From an uncultured Spirochaetota bacterium (lineage in GTDB: Bacteria; Spirochaetota; Spirochaetia; SZUA-6; Fen-1364): a DNA stretch of 64,000 nucleotides. The stretch spans positions 1,504,001 to 1,568,000 of the forward strand of contig CAWGAA010000001.1 in NCBI GenBank assembly GCA_963820525.1. The letters are read 5' to 3'. Below the pieces are notes generated by a model. That model was not told the DNA's origin and searched no databases. It worked only from the letters and a program-made list of their open reading frames with translations. Both the position numbers and the translations under genes were made by a program. Of this stretch, positions 20,457-28,955 are shown piece by piece. Each line of letters begins with the position of its first letter. Within the stretch, counting starts at the first letter, position 1.

Positions 20457-21032
20457 TCACTTGTCTCCAATATGGAAATGGTGGAACTGCAGAACATCCA
20501 GCTCACGCACCGAATGAAAGCCGGCCTCCGAGATGGCTGAGCGGACCGTCCGTCCGTCCACGCGCCGCTCAAGCGGCGGCCCATGGATCATGGGCTCCCT
20601 CTTCCAATCCACGACGGCGAGCCTGCCTCCCGGGGCCAGCAGCCTGAAAAGCTCAGACAGCATGAGCGGCGGATCCTCCAGCTCGTGGAAGACGTTGATC
20701 ATGTAGGCGAGATCCGCCGAGGAATCGGTCACAGAGATGGCGTTCTCCTGCACGAGAAGCGGCGTCACCGCGCCGCGAGCCTCGGCCGGGAGGTTCTTCT
20801 CCATCCAATCCACCATTTCAAGGGATACATCGCAGGCGTAGAGCGTGCCGCCGCGCGCCAGCCGGGAGGCGAACCGAACAGAGAAGAAACCGGTCCCCGC
20901 GCCCACGTCGATGACGGTCAGCGGCTGCGTGACGCCGAAACCGGTCCACAGGGCATCGGGATCGAGCACCTTCTCCCTTTCCGGGTCGTTCAGCCGAGCC
21001 AGGTGCGCTGGATCGAACTTGCGCGCCGACAT
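20457..21032 (-). CDS. Class I SAM-dependent methyltransferase
   Basis: DVGAGTG and LAPGG motifs. Confidence 0.88.
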   Translation of the reverse strand: MSARKFDPAHLARLNDPEREKVLDPDALWTGFGVTQPLTVIDVGAGTGFFSVRFASRLARGGTLYACDVSLEMVDWMEKNLPAEARGAVTPLLVQENAISVTDSSADLAYMINVFHELEDPPLMLSELFRLLAPGGRLAVVDWKREPMIHGPPLERRVDGRTVRSAISEAGFHSVRELDVLQFHHFHIGDK

Positions 21033-21059
21033 CTCACTTCCTCCGCACGGGGGACGACC

Positions 21060-21855
21060 TCAATCTCCTGCCGTCTCCCCGAGCTTCTTGTTTATCTCCT
21101 TGAGCTTCGCTTTCAGCCTTTCGATGGTTCTTTCGATGCGCTCGCGCTCCTGCTCAAGTGACCTCGCGCGCGCTGGAAGGCTTCTTCTTTCCGTTGAACT
21201 TCGCCTTGACCATGTCGGGGCTCTTCCCCTCGATGAGCGCCTCCTGAGCCGCCATACGGGCAGCGTCGTCACGAATCCCCGCGAGGCTCCTCATGTTCTC
21301 GAAGCCCACCCTCGGGTCGAGGTCGTAGGAGCGGGCCTTCATGATGGCCTGCGCGCTTACCCGGGGGAGCCCCAGCACCCGGTCGATATAGTCGGTGAAG
21401 CTCGTGTGGTGGCGCGCGCAGAGCTCGTGCGCCGTTATCAGGAGCTTCCCCAGGTCCTTCATCAGGGATCCGCTCACCGCGATGAACTTGTCCTTGATCT
21501 CCCGGGTGAGGGAGCGGAACTCCTCGATTTCCTCGAAGGGATTCTCGTACACTCCCTTCTCCTCCGCCTCGAAGAGCAGGGAATGGAAGAGGTTCCAGAA
21601 GGCCGTGGTGTGGGTGCGCACCGAGATGGGAGCGGCCGCCGTGGTGAACTGGATGTGATGCGCGTACTCGTGGATGGCCGTGTAGAGCAGCTCGTTGTCG
21701 CTTTCGAAGTTCTTGTTGTGGAGGATGATCTCGCGGCTGTTCGGCTTGTACAGGCCGTTCACCTTGTTGCTCTTCTTGCCCGAGAGAATGACGGCAAAGC
21801 TCTCCTCCGTCTTTCTGATCGACAGGAGGGCGCTCTTCACCTGGTCCTGATTCAT
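21060..21855 (-). CDS. SprT-like HExxH protein with coiled-coil tail (apparent 1 bp frameshift near 21160)
   Basis: AIHEYAHH...H motif; the coiled-coil C-terminus continues in another frame to 21060. Confidence 0.7.
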
Positions 21856-21871
21856 CGAATGGCCTCTCCCT

Positions 21872-22183
21872 TCACGGCAGGCCGATGAGAAGCTTGTCCT
21901 CGTGACACGTCAGGCGGACGTGGCGCGGCTTGCCCAGCTCCTTCCATCGGGAGAGATTCATCCGCACCGTGGCGAGGCTGCACTCGTTCTTCAAATGCAC
22001 GGTTCCCTCCATGCAGTTCCCATTGCCCGCGAGGAAATCCTCATCGTCCGTGCCCGCATAGATCCTCATCCTGTTGCTCATGGCAAGAAGCCCCAGATCG
22101 TAGCCGTCATTGGGGTGGAGGACGATCTCATCCCTGCCCAGCGTGAGATCTCCCATGGCTGTAAGATGGTCAGCGGTTTTCAT
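21872..22183 (-). CDS. Hypothetical protein
   Basis: Compact ORF in operon with downstream genes. Confidence 0.65.
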   Translation of the reverse strand: MKTADHLTAMGDLTLGRDEIVLHPNDGYDLGLLAMSNRMRIYAGTDDEDFLAGNGNCMEGTVHLKNECSLATVRMNLSRWKELGKPRHVRLTCHEDKLLIGLP

Positions 22184-22390
22184 CCTGTTCCCCAGCGGCG
22201 ATAATAAGGGAAATCGACAACCGGTTCAATGCTGCGGAGCGACACGGCCAGAGAAGCGCCCCAACGCCGCACTGCGTCGGCTCCCCGAAGGCGCGCCAGC
22301 CCTGAACGCCGCAGATTAAGGAAACTTAACACAAACGCAACGACTTCTGAATCAAATCCTGGTATGATCGGAGCCAGGAGGTACGGACGA

Positions 22391-23902
22391 ATGAGGTTAC
22401 GGTCGCATGCCATCGCACTCGCGGCTTTCCCTGTGCTCCTGGCCGTCGCCGGGCTCGGCTTCGCCCAGCCCAGGGCCGAAAAGACAAGCGGTACGGGACA
22501 ACCGCAGCCGGCGGGCCAGACGCAGAGCCCGCAGCAGATCGCGGAAGCGGCGAAGAACCTGGAGACGATCCAGTACTCGTTCCGGGAGGTGGCCAAGAGA
22601 GTCCTCCCCGTTGTTGTGGAAATAGACGTAGTGGAAGTGGTCAAGCAGCCGGCGCCACAACTGCAGTCTCCCTTCGACTGGTTTTTCAATACGCCGCCGG
22701 AGGGCGGAGGAAAGGGAGGACAGCGGGAGTTCCGAAAGAACGGGCTGGGCTCGGGGATCATCGTACGCCGTTCCGGCAGCCGCTATGACGTGCTCACCAA
22801 CAATCACGTGGTCGGCGACGCTACGCAGATCAGCGTGCAGCTCAACGACCAACGAACGTTCAAGGCCAAGCTGGTCGGCAAGGATCCGCGAAAAGACATC
22901 GCCCTGGTCTCCTTCGAATCGAAGGACGAGCTCCCCGTGGCCGAGCTCGGCGACTCCAACGACCTGCAGGTGGGAGACATCGTGCTCGCCGTGGGGAATC
23001 CCTTCGGATTCGAATCCACCATCACGATGGGAATCGTGAGCGCCCTGGGCAGGCGGGGGCCCCAGTCCCAGGATGTCGCCCAGTACACCGACTACATCCA
23101 GACCGACGCCGCGATCAATCAGGGCAACTCGGGCGGGGCGCTCGTGAACATCCGCGGGCAGGTGGTGGGGATCAACACCTGGATCGCCGCCCCTACCGGC
23201 GGGAGCATCGGCCTGGGCTTCGCGATCCCGATCAACAATGCGACAAAAGACATAGAAGACTTCCTGGCAACAGGCAGGGTGGAGTACGGCTGGCTGGGAG
23301 TCCAGATAACCAGCATCCAGAACGACGCCACGTACGCCGGTTTCGCCAAGGACTTGAACGTCGTCGGGGTGAACGGCGCCTTCGTGCTGAACGTGTACAG
23401 AGGCTCACCTGCCGACAAGGCGGGCATCCTCCCCGGAGACTACATCACAAAGGTCAGCGGCAAGGCGATCAAGGACTCCAGCCAGCTCACCCAGGTGGTG
23501 GGCAGCCTGCTCGCCGGAAGGAGCTACGACTTCGAGCTGATCCGCTTCGGCGAGAAGCAGAAGCTTTCGGTCAAGATCGGGGTTCGCGATGAGAAGGACG
23601 ATGTGGCGCAGTTCAAGAACCTCTGGCCGGGCATGACGGTTGTGGACATAAGCGACGAGGTCCGCCAGCAGGTGGACATTCCCGCGGGAGCAAGCGGCGT
23701 CGTGGTGGGTTACCTGCCCGACAGCGACACCCCGGCATCCATCGCGGGGTTCCGCGTCGGCGATGTCATCTCCGACATCAACGGCAGGCCGGTGAAGTCC
23801 ATGATGGATTTCTACAAGGCGCTCAACGACAAGTCGAAGAAGGAAGTGACCTTCCACCTCACGCGAAAGGGGACCGAGATCAGCATCGGGCTCACGAGGT
23901 GA
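22391..23902 (+). CDS. htrA: HtrA/DegP serine endopeptidase with two PDZ domains
   Basis: GSG, TNNHV and QTDAAINQGNSGG. Confidence 0.95.
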   Translation: MRLRSHAIALAAFPVLLAVAGLGFAQPRAEKTSGTGQPQPAGQTQSPQQIAEAAKNLETIQYSFREVAKRVLPVVVEIDVVEVVKQPAPQLQSPFDWFFNTPPEGGGKGGQREFRKNGLGSGIIVRRSGSRYDVLTNNHVVGDATQISVQLNDQRTFKAKLVGKDPRKDIALVSFESKDELPVAELGDSNDLQVGDIVLAVGNPFGFESTITMGIVSALGRRGPQSQDVAQYTDYIQTDAAINQGNSGGALVNIRGQVVGINTWIAAPTGGSIGLGFAIPINNATKDIEDFLATGRVEYGWLGVQITSIQNDATYAGFAKDLNVVGVNGAFVLNVYRGSPADKAGILPGDYITKVSGKAIKDSSQLTQVVGSLLAGRSYDFELIRFGEKQKLSVKIGVRDEKDDVAQFKNLWPGMTVVDISDEVRQQVDIPAGASGVVVGYLPDSDTPASIAGFRVGDVISDINGRPVKSMMDFYKALNDKSKKEVTFHLTRKGTEISIGLTR

Positions 23903-23937
23903 CAAGAGAGGCGAGCTTCCGGCAAATCTTCATTTTC

Positions 23938-23975
23938 AGAAAACCCGTCGGTTCGGCCGGCGGGTTTTCTCTTTG
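23938..23975. terminator. Bidirectional intrinsic terminator
   Basis: AGAAAACCCGTCGG-TTCG-GCCGGCGGGTTTTCT hairpin with T/A tracts on both sides. Confidence 0.8.
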
Positions 23976-24018
23976 TTGGGAACAGAGACGGCCTTGGCGA
24001 ATCACGCCATGACTATGC

Positions 24019-24041
24019 GCGTCCAGCCCGACTCGAACGGG
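24019..24041 (-). repeat. att site: 23 bp duplicate of the tRNA-Arg 3' end (T-arm plus acceptor strand)
   Basis: GCGTCCAGCCCGACTCGAACGGG is identical to 37676-37698. Confidence 0.9.
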
Positions 24042-24046
24042 ACAGT

Positions 24047-24298
24047 TCACGCTTTCGGGTACTTCGTGCCTGTCGGTCCTTGCATCGGATGGTCAACCCT
24101 ATATTGCAGATCATTGATCGCAGTCTCATGGTTAGCCAGGATTTCAATTGCCTCAGTGAATAGCTCGGCTAACAACTCTCTCGACTTATCGGGAAGATCA
24201 TTCTTCATTTCAGTGAATCTCGCTTGTACCAAGTTGTGAAGCGCCCGAATCGAATCTATATTCTGCAGAGACTTTCCTCCTGGGTAGGATTGTACCAT
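24047..24298 (-). CDS. Hypothetical helical protein downstream of hicA
   Basis: ATG with GAGG RBS; same strand as and adjacent to hicA. Confidence 0.55.
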   Translation of the reverse strand: MVQSYPGGKSLQNIDSIRALHNLVQARFTEMKNDLPDKSRELLAELFTEAIEILANHETAINDLQYRVDHPMQGPTGTKYPKA

Positions 24299-24318
24299 GC
24301 CTCGTCCAGGTGGTGAGG

Positions 24319-24546
24319 TTATCGCATCTTTAAAAAAGCTCTTCGTGAAATCCCGGCTTCACGTAATATCGCGCGAAGGGTTCCTTCAGGGATATTGCCC
24401 GGATGATTCGGTACTGTGGTCATTTTCCCTGTTTTCGAACTCCGCCAGATCTCGTGACTGCCCTTTGCCATGCGATCAAATTCGAATCCGCAAGCTTTCA
24501 GACGTCGAGTGGTTTCTGTATAATTAAAGCCGGAGAGCCGTCCCAT
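24319..24546 (-). CDS. hicA: HicA family mRNA interferase toxin
   Basis: GFEFDRMAKGSHEIW..VPNH..GTLRAILREAG. Confidence 0.92.
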   Translation of the reverse strand: MGRLSGFNYTETTRRLKACGFEFDRMAKGSHEIWRSSKTGKMTTVPNHPGNIPEGTLRAILREAGISRRAFLKMR

Positions 24547-24807
24547 CTAGAGGGCGAAGGCTGTATCAACTTCCAGTTTTCCTCGAATGGGCTTAAGAGC
24601 GGGCGGCATCGGATCTCCATGTTCACAACGAGATAGAATGAGTTTTCGAGCAACATCACGAGCGATATCCATGGCCTCTTCGACAGTACTACCCTGGGCC
24701 ACTAGACCGGGCAGATTTTTTGAGGTCGCAAGATATACACCTTCCGGCAGCTTTTCAATATGCAACCGAAGGGTGAATTCGCTTTCTTGGCAGAGATGCT
24801 TGCTCAT
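24547..24807 (-). CDS. hicB: Short HicB-like antitoxin
   Basis: YLATS..LPGLVAQGSTVEEA motif; upstream of hicA. Confidence 0.88.
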   Translation of the reverse strand: MSKHLCQESEFTLRLHIEKLPEGVYLATSKNLPGLVAQGSTVEEAMDIARDVARKLILSRCEHGDPMPPALKPIRGKLEVDTAFAL

Positions 24808-24944
24808 TGTTTAACTTCTCCCCCTTTTAAGATCGGCAAGCCCATTGCACAACTTGTACTACACAAAATGTAACACATCTGTAGGGGAATACAACCCCAC
24901 CACCCCCTACACCCGAATTCGGGGTACTACACCCCTTTTCGTGA

Positions 24945-25304
24945 GGTCTTGACGGCCCAGGTCTGCCAGCGCTCGAGCTCTATCGGCAGGAGATCCCCGA
25001 CACGGAGCTTGACGGACGGCCTGCGAGCAAAGGGCCAAATAGCGGGGTAAGAGGGGTTTACCGCGGAGCGCCTTCAGCTTGGCGCATTCGCTTCCCGTGC
25101 TCCAGAAGGCTCGAAGGAAATCAAGCAGGAGCGGATTCTCCCGGCTCGGGAAGCGGAAAGACGCTCCTTTGCGCGTCGGCGAGCATCGGCCTCGTCATCG
25201 GTGCCGAGAGAGAAGGTCCGAACGTAGCGCCGGGCCTCGGCGCTCTAATACCTGGCGTACCAGGTCGTACCGCGTCGATATAACTGGAAAGGTTCACGCG
25301 CCAT
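24945..25304 (-). pseudogene. N-terminal remnant of a tyrosine integrase
   Basis: Manual translation MAREPFQLYRRGTTWYARY*...SLGTDDEADA, then in a shifted frame LLDFLRAFWSTGSECAKLKALRGKPL; parallels YLLTFWNPAESDYIKSK of the 36361 integrase. Confidence 0.7.
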
Positions 25305-25447
25305 ACTTCCCCCTAGGTGCGACAGTCGAGGGAGACAGCCTCCACGGTCCGCGCGCGCTTCCCGCCGTCCGTGCGGCGAGGTCTTTTGCGATTCCCCGGG
25401 CCCTCAGCGGCGCGCATCGTCAGGAAATCATGAAAAACCCTTCGATC

Positions 25448-25491
25448 GCGTCCAGCCCGACTCGAACGGGCGACCCACAGCTTAGAAGGCT
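25448..25491 (-). repeat. att site: 44 bp duplicate of the tRNA-Arg 3' half through the anticodon loop
   Basis: GCGTCCAGCCCGACTCGAACGGGCGACCCACAGCTTAGAAGGCT is identical to 37676-37719. Confidence 0.95.
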
Positions 25492-25852
25492 TACAGATAT
25501 TCAAACAGTAGTCGGCAGTCACTTTCACCGTTTTGCACAATATCATGGAAAAGCCCGTATTTACAAGGCTTTTTTATAGTTTTCAACAATAGCTGTCCGT
25601 GCTTCGGCGATTGCTTTTCATGTGTTTGCACAAATCCGACGACGACTTGACGACGACCCGCCAACCACCAAAAGCCCATGAAAAAGATTTTCAAAGAAAA
25701 CTGTTGCAAAATATTTTCTAATATGATTTATTTTCTTTGAGGCCGCCACCCCAACCAGAGGCGTCGAAGGGTAAGGGAAACCACGGTGGCCGGGTTTAAG
25801 GCAGGCAGCTCCCCGTGAATGAGCCCTCCAAGCGTTATTTTGGAGGGACACT

Positions 25853-26089
25853 ATGTTCACCTCTATCCCACCTCGGCGGCTCACAATAGAGGAGGCCGCC
25901 AAACGTCTCCACATATCCCGTTCGCTTCTTCAGAAGCTCACGGCAAATGCAGAAATCAGCTCCATCCGTCTCGGGCGCAGGCGCTTTTACGACATAGAAA
26001 CGCTCAAGCGCGAAATAGAGAACAGGGGCCGCCGCGACCGTGTTGACGATCCATCTCGAAAGCAGAGCCAGACAGGTGGTGCGCGATGA
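25853..26089 (+). CDS. Excisionase/AlpA-like HTH protein
   Basis: LTIEEAAKRLHISRSLL..IRLGRRRFY; RBS GGAGG; overlaps the helicase start. Confidence 0.85.
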   Translation: MFTSIPPRRLTIEEAAKRLHISRSLLQKLTANAEISSIRLGRRRFYDIETLKREIENRGRRDRVDDPSRKQSQTGGAR

Positions 26090-27459
26090 GCGACGCCGCC
26101 GCCGAACTTCAATACCCCGAAACTTTCGAGCTGTTCGACCGTCATCCCGAGCTTACAGATATAGGGAATGCAGAGCGATTCGCCACGGTAAACGGGAAAG
26201 ACTTTCGCTGGTGCCCCGCGTGGGGTAAGTGGCTGCATTGGGACGGTGCGCGATGGTGCCCGGATGAGCGGGAGATCACTCTCGACACTGCAATGAAGTT
26301 TATTCGATACTGCCGCGCCATGGCGGAACAGATCGACGACCGAGGGCGCAGAGATGATGTACTCGAAAGCCTCGCAAAATGTGAGTCGCGCTCGAAGCTC
26401 ACTTCGATGATCGAGCTGGTCAAGGCGAAGTTGCCTATTGTGCCCGATGAGCTCGATGAAGATAAAATGGTTTTCAATTGCGCGAACGGGACGCTCGACC
26501 TTCGCAGCGGCGAGATCAGGCAGCATGACCGCGCGGACGGAATCACGAAAGTGTCTCCCGTTTCGTACTCCCCTCTCGCGGAGTGCCCGAAGTGGTTGAC
26601 GTTTCTCGATGAGATCAGCCTCGGCAGGAAGGAGATCGTCGATTTCCTTCAGGCGTTCGTGGGCTACTGTATGACCGGGGAAACACGCGAGCAAGTCTTT
26701 CTCGTTTGCCATGGGCTCGGCCAAAACGGAAAGACTGTTTTCGTGAATACGGTTCTCAACCTTCTCGGCGACTATGGCCGAGAGATGCCAGCGGATCTCC
26801 TGCTTATCAGGAAAAACGAGGGCATTCCCAACGACCTGGCAACCCTTCGCGGACACCGCTTCATAACGTGCGCTGAATCTGAAAGCGGCGCCCGGCTCGC
26901 GGAATCTCGCGTCAAAGCAATGAGTGGGCAGGATGCGATCACGGCCCGCTTCCTGTTTGGGGAATATTTCAGCTTTACGCCGCAGTTCAAGCTCCTCCTC
27001 CGCACTAATCACCGGCCCCGGATCAGGGGATCGGATCATGCGATCTGGAGACGTATCGCGCTCGTGCCCTTTGAGTACCAAGTGCCCCCGGAGAAGCAGA
27101 ATCCGCGTCTCGAAGAAGAGTTGAGGGAGGAGGCGTCTGGTATCCTTCGCTGGGCAGTCGAGGGGTGTCTACGCTGGCAACGCGAGGGACTTGTCCGGCC
27201 AGAGGTTATCAAGGCGGCGACGGAAAGCTACAGAGAGGCCGAGGACATCCTGGGGGATTTTCTGCGGGAAAGGACGACCGCGGACAAGGGTGGCAAGGTG
27301 CAGTCGTCGGTGCTGTATCGCAGTTATGTGAGCTGGACGCAATCGAACGGAGGGCGTCAGATATCTCAAAAGGCGTTCTCTGAAGCGCTGGAAGAGAGAG
27401 GAATGGAGAAAATGACTACGAGAAACGGCGTTTATTGGTTTGGACTGCTCGAAGTGTGA
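26086..27459 (+). CDS. P4-family/D5-like replication protein (D5_N, SF3 helicase, winged helix)
   Basis: TDIGNAERF, NCANGTLDL, Walker A GLGQNGKT, TNHRP and IWRR. Confidence 0.92.
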   Translation: MSDAAAELQYPETFELFDRHPELTDIGNAERFATVNGKDFRWCPAWGKWLHWDGARWCPDEREITLDTAMKFIRYCRAMAEQIDDRGRRDDVLESLAKCESRSKLTSMIELVKAKLPIVPDELDEDKMVFNCANGTLDLRSGEIRQHDRADGITKVSPVSYSPLAECPKWLTFLDEISLGRKEIVDFLQAFVGYCMTGETREQVFLVCHGLGQNGKTVFVNTVLNLLGDYGREMPADLLLIRKNEGIPNDLATLRGHRFITCAESESGARLAESRVKAMSGQDAITARFLFGEYFSFTPQFKLLLRTNHRPRIRGSDHAIWRRIALVPFEYQVPPEKQNPRLEEELREEASGILRWAVEGCLRWQREGLVRPEVIKAATESYREAEDILGDFLRERTTADKGGKVQSSVLYRSYVSWTQSNGGRQISQKAFSEALEERGMEKMTTRNGVYWFGLLEV

Positions 27460-27563
27460 AGGGTGTGAGGGGTGTGAAGGATTGGGCCATTTCTTTCGCG
27501 TATGCAAGACAAGAGATTGATGATAAATAGGGGAACCCTTCACATCCACCACATCCCTCACAG
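27454..27563. repeat. Putative iteron replication origin
   Basis: 3x GTGTGA(A/G)GG (27454-27480) and 3 inverted copies (27537-27563) flanking a 56 bp AT-richer spacer. Confidence 0.75.
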
Positions 27564-27611
27564 AGGGTGCGTGTGCCCTCGGAAGCGAAGGAGTACGACG
27601 GAGCGGAAGGG

Positions 27612-28055
27612 ATGAACACCTTCAAGGCAAAGTGCCGGACGTGCCTGCTCGATATCTCCATGGATCAGGATCCTGTGACGAAGAAATGGCGGCCGGTGGA
27701 CGTGAAGGGCGGGCAAATGCTCGCTCATCGTTGCATTGATACTTTCACGACGATCTGCAAGTTTTGCGGGGAGTCCATTCGATTACACAAAGAGGGAGAG
27801 AAGTGGCTATCATTCCAGCCGGAAGGAGAGTTTCTTCCTCATCGTTGCCGAGAGAAAGCGGAGAGCAAGGCGAAGGAGGAGCGCGAGCTTGCAAGAGCGA
27901 AAAAGGCGCGTCGTGCAGCCTGGCTCGCAGATCACCCCGAAGAGACAGCAAGAGCAGCGGCGCGGCATCGAGTCAAGGAAGAGGTTTCGGAGTATGATGC
28001 GGCTGTTGTGCGCCAGGTCGAGGCGGACGATGGATTTGAGGACGATATCCCGTAG
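27612..28055 (+). CDS. Protein with two CxxC...HRC zinc-finger repeats, a coiled coil and an acidic DDGFEDDIP tail
   Basis: CRTC..W..HRC and CKFC..W..HRC; RBS GGAAGG. Confidence 0.7.
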   Translation: MNTFKAKCRTCLLDISMDQDPVTKKWRPVDVKGGQMLAHRCIDTFTTICKFCGESIRLHKEGEKWLSFQPEGEFLPHRCREKAESKAKEERELARAKKARRAAWLADHPEETARAAARHRVKEEVSEYDAAVVRQVEADDGFEDDIP

Positions 28056-28415
28056 TGAAGGGGGCGCAATTGTGAGCAAGATAGTTTCTAATCCCGAGCC
28101 GGAAAGGAGCAAGCATCCAGCCGAAGACTCCTGGCGAAAGCTAAGGGGAAAAATGGTTACGCTCTGGGCGCGTATGCCGCAGATGAGCTTCATGTTCGAC
28201 GTCCTGAGGCTGCGGCGGATAAAAGGAAAGCGGTCCTTTTGTGCCCGACAAAATGCATCACGTTGCCAAAAGGAAGGACGAAAGAAAACTACCTATAATA
28301 GGAGATTCTCGAAACAAACAACCAAATGAGTGTACTGAAAAAAAGCCAAAGGGTAGTCACTGATAGCTAACTCCAAGCAGGTAAAAACCAACAGAACCCG
28401 GACAACCGCAAAGCG

Positions 28416-28748
28416 ATGGCTAGCCGCAACATAACCTACGATCTGCCAGCGTTGCCGGCGGATCTTGACGCCGAGCTGGAGCGGTAGGCGGTGCTAAAGG
28501 CAGAGGTGCGCAGGCGTCTCGCGGGCGCGGCTGGGATGAGCCGCCCCCATGGGGCCGCGCTGCCCCCTCCCCTCTGCCAGCCCGCTGATTATCCGGAGAC
28601 ATGCTGGCGGTGCGGGCGAGTACTCGGCTCCGACCAAGCGCCAGAGATCCAGGTTGAGGGGGTCATGGTTAAGGTTCACCCTGGTTGTGTGAAGTGGCCA
28701 ACGTTCTCTCGAAACGACGAGGAAGATTTCGACTATCTGCGGTCATGA
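28416..28748 (+). pseudogene. Small CxxC/HxxC protein interrupted by an in-frame TAG (28485-28487), or a shorter ORF from 28491
   Basis: ATG 28416 is in frame with ORF 28491..28748; CWRC...HPGC. Confidence 0.45.
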
Positions 28749-28901
28749 ACCACGAAAGGAAGGGACATTGCTTGCTTTGGGGGGAGAGCTTAACGGGCAG
28801 CCAGCGGCGGCACCAGAGGCAAAAAGGGAGTGGAAAAAGCAGCATTCGAACCCGGACGGAGGCGACTGACCGACGCGGAGTTGTCCACCGGCGCCATGTT
28901 A

Positions 28902-28930
28902 TTGCAGCGCGGACGTGAGGACATTATAAT
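28902..28930 (+). promoter_or_regulatory. Putative sigma70 promoter of the RM operon
   Basis: TTGCAG-17 bp-TATAAT. Confidence 0.55.
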
Positions 28931-28955
28931 GGCAAGGGATACTAAGGGAGCACGA

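Larger units (their letters stand above)
24019..25470. mobile_element. Decayed 1.4 kb tRNA-Arg island (integrase remnant, hicBA, hypothetical ORF)
   Basis: Bounded by tRNA-Arg 3' repeats; partly lower GC; integrase pseudogene next to the right att. Confidence 0.8.

Noticed and set aside
27736..28329. ORF 27736..28329 or its shorter version from 28072
   Set aside because: Overlaps the zinc-finger gene and has no recognisable motif; insufficient support.
24945..28748. Amber (TAG) recoding in the island
   Set aside because: The in-frame TAGs would need different amino acids, and intact island genes such as the MTase and the DUF3467-like gene use TAG as a normal stop.
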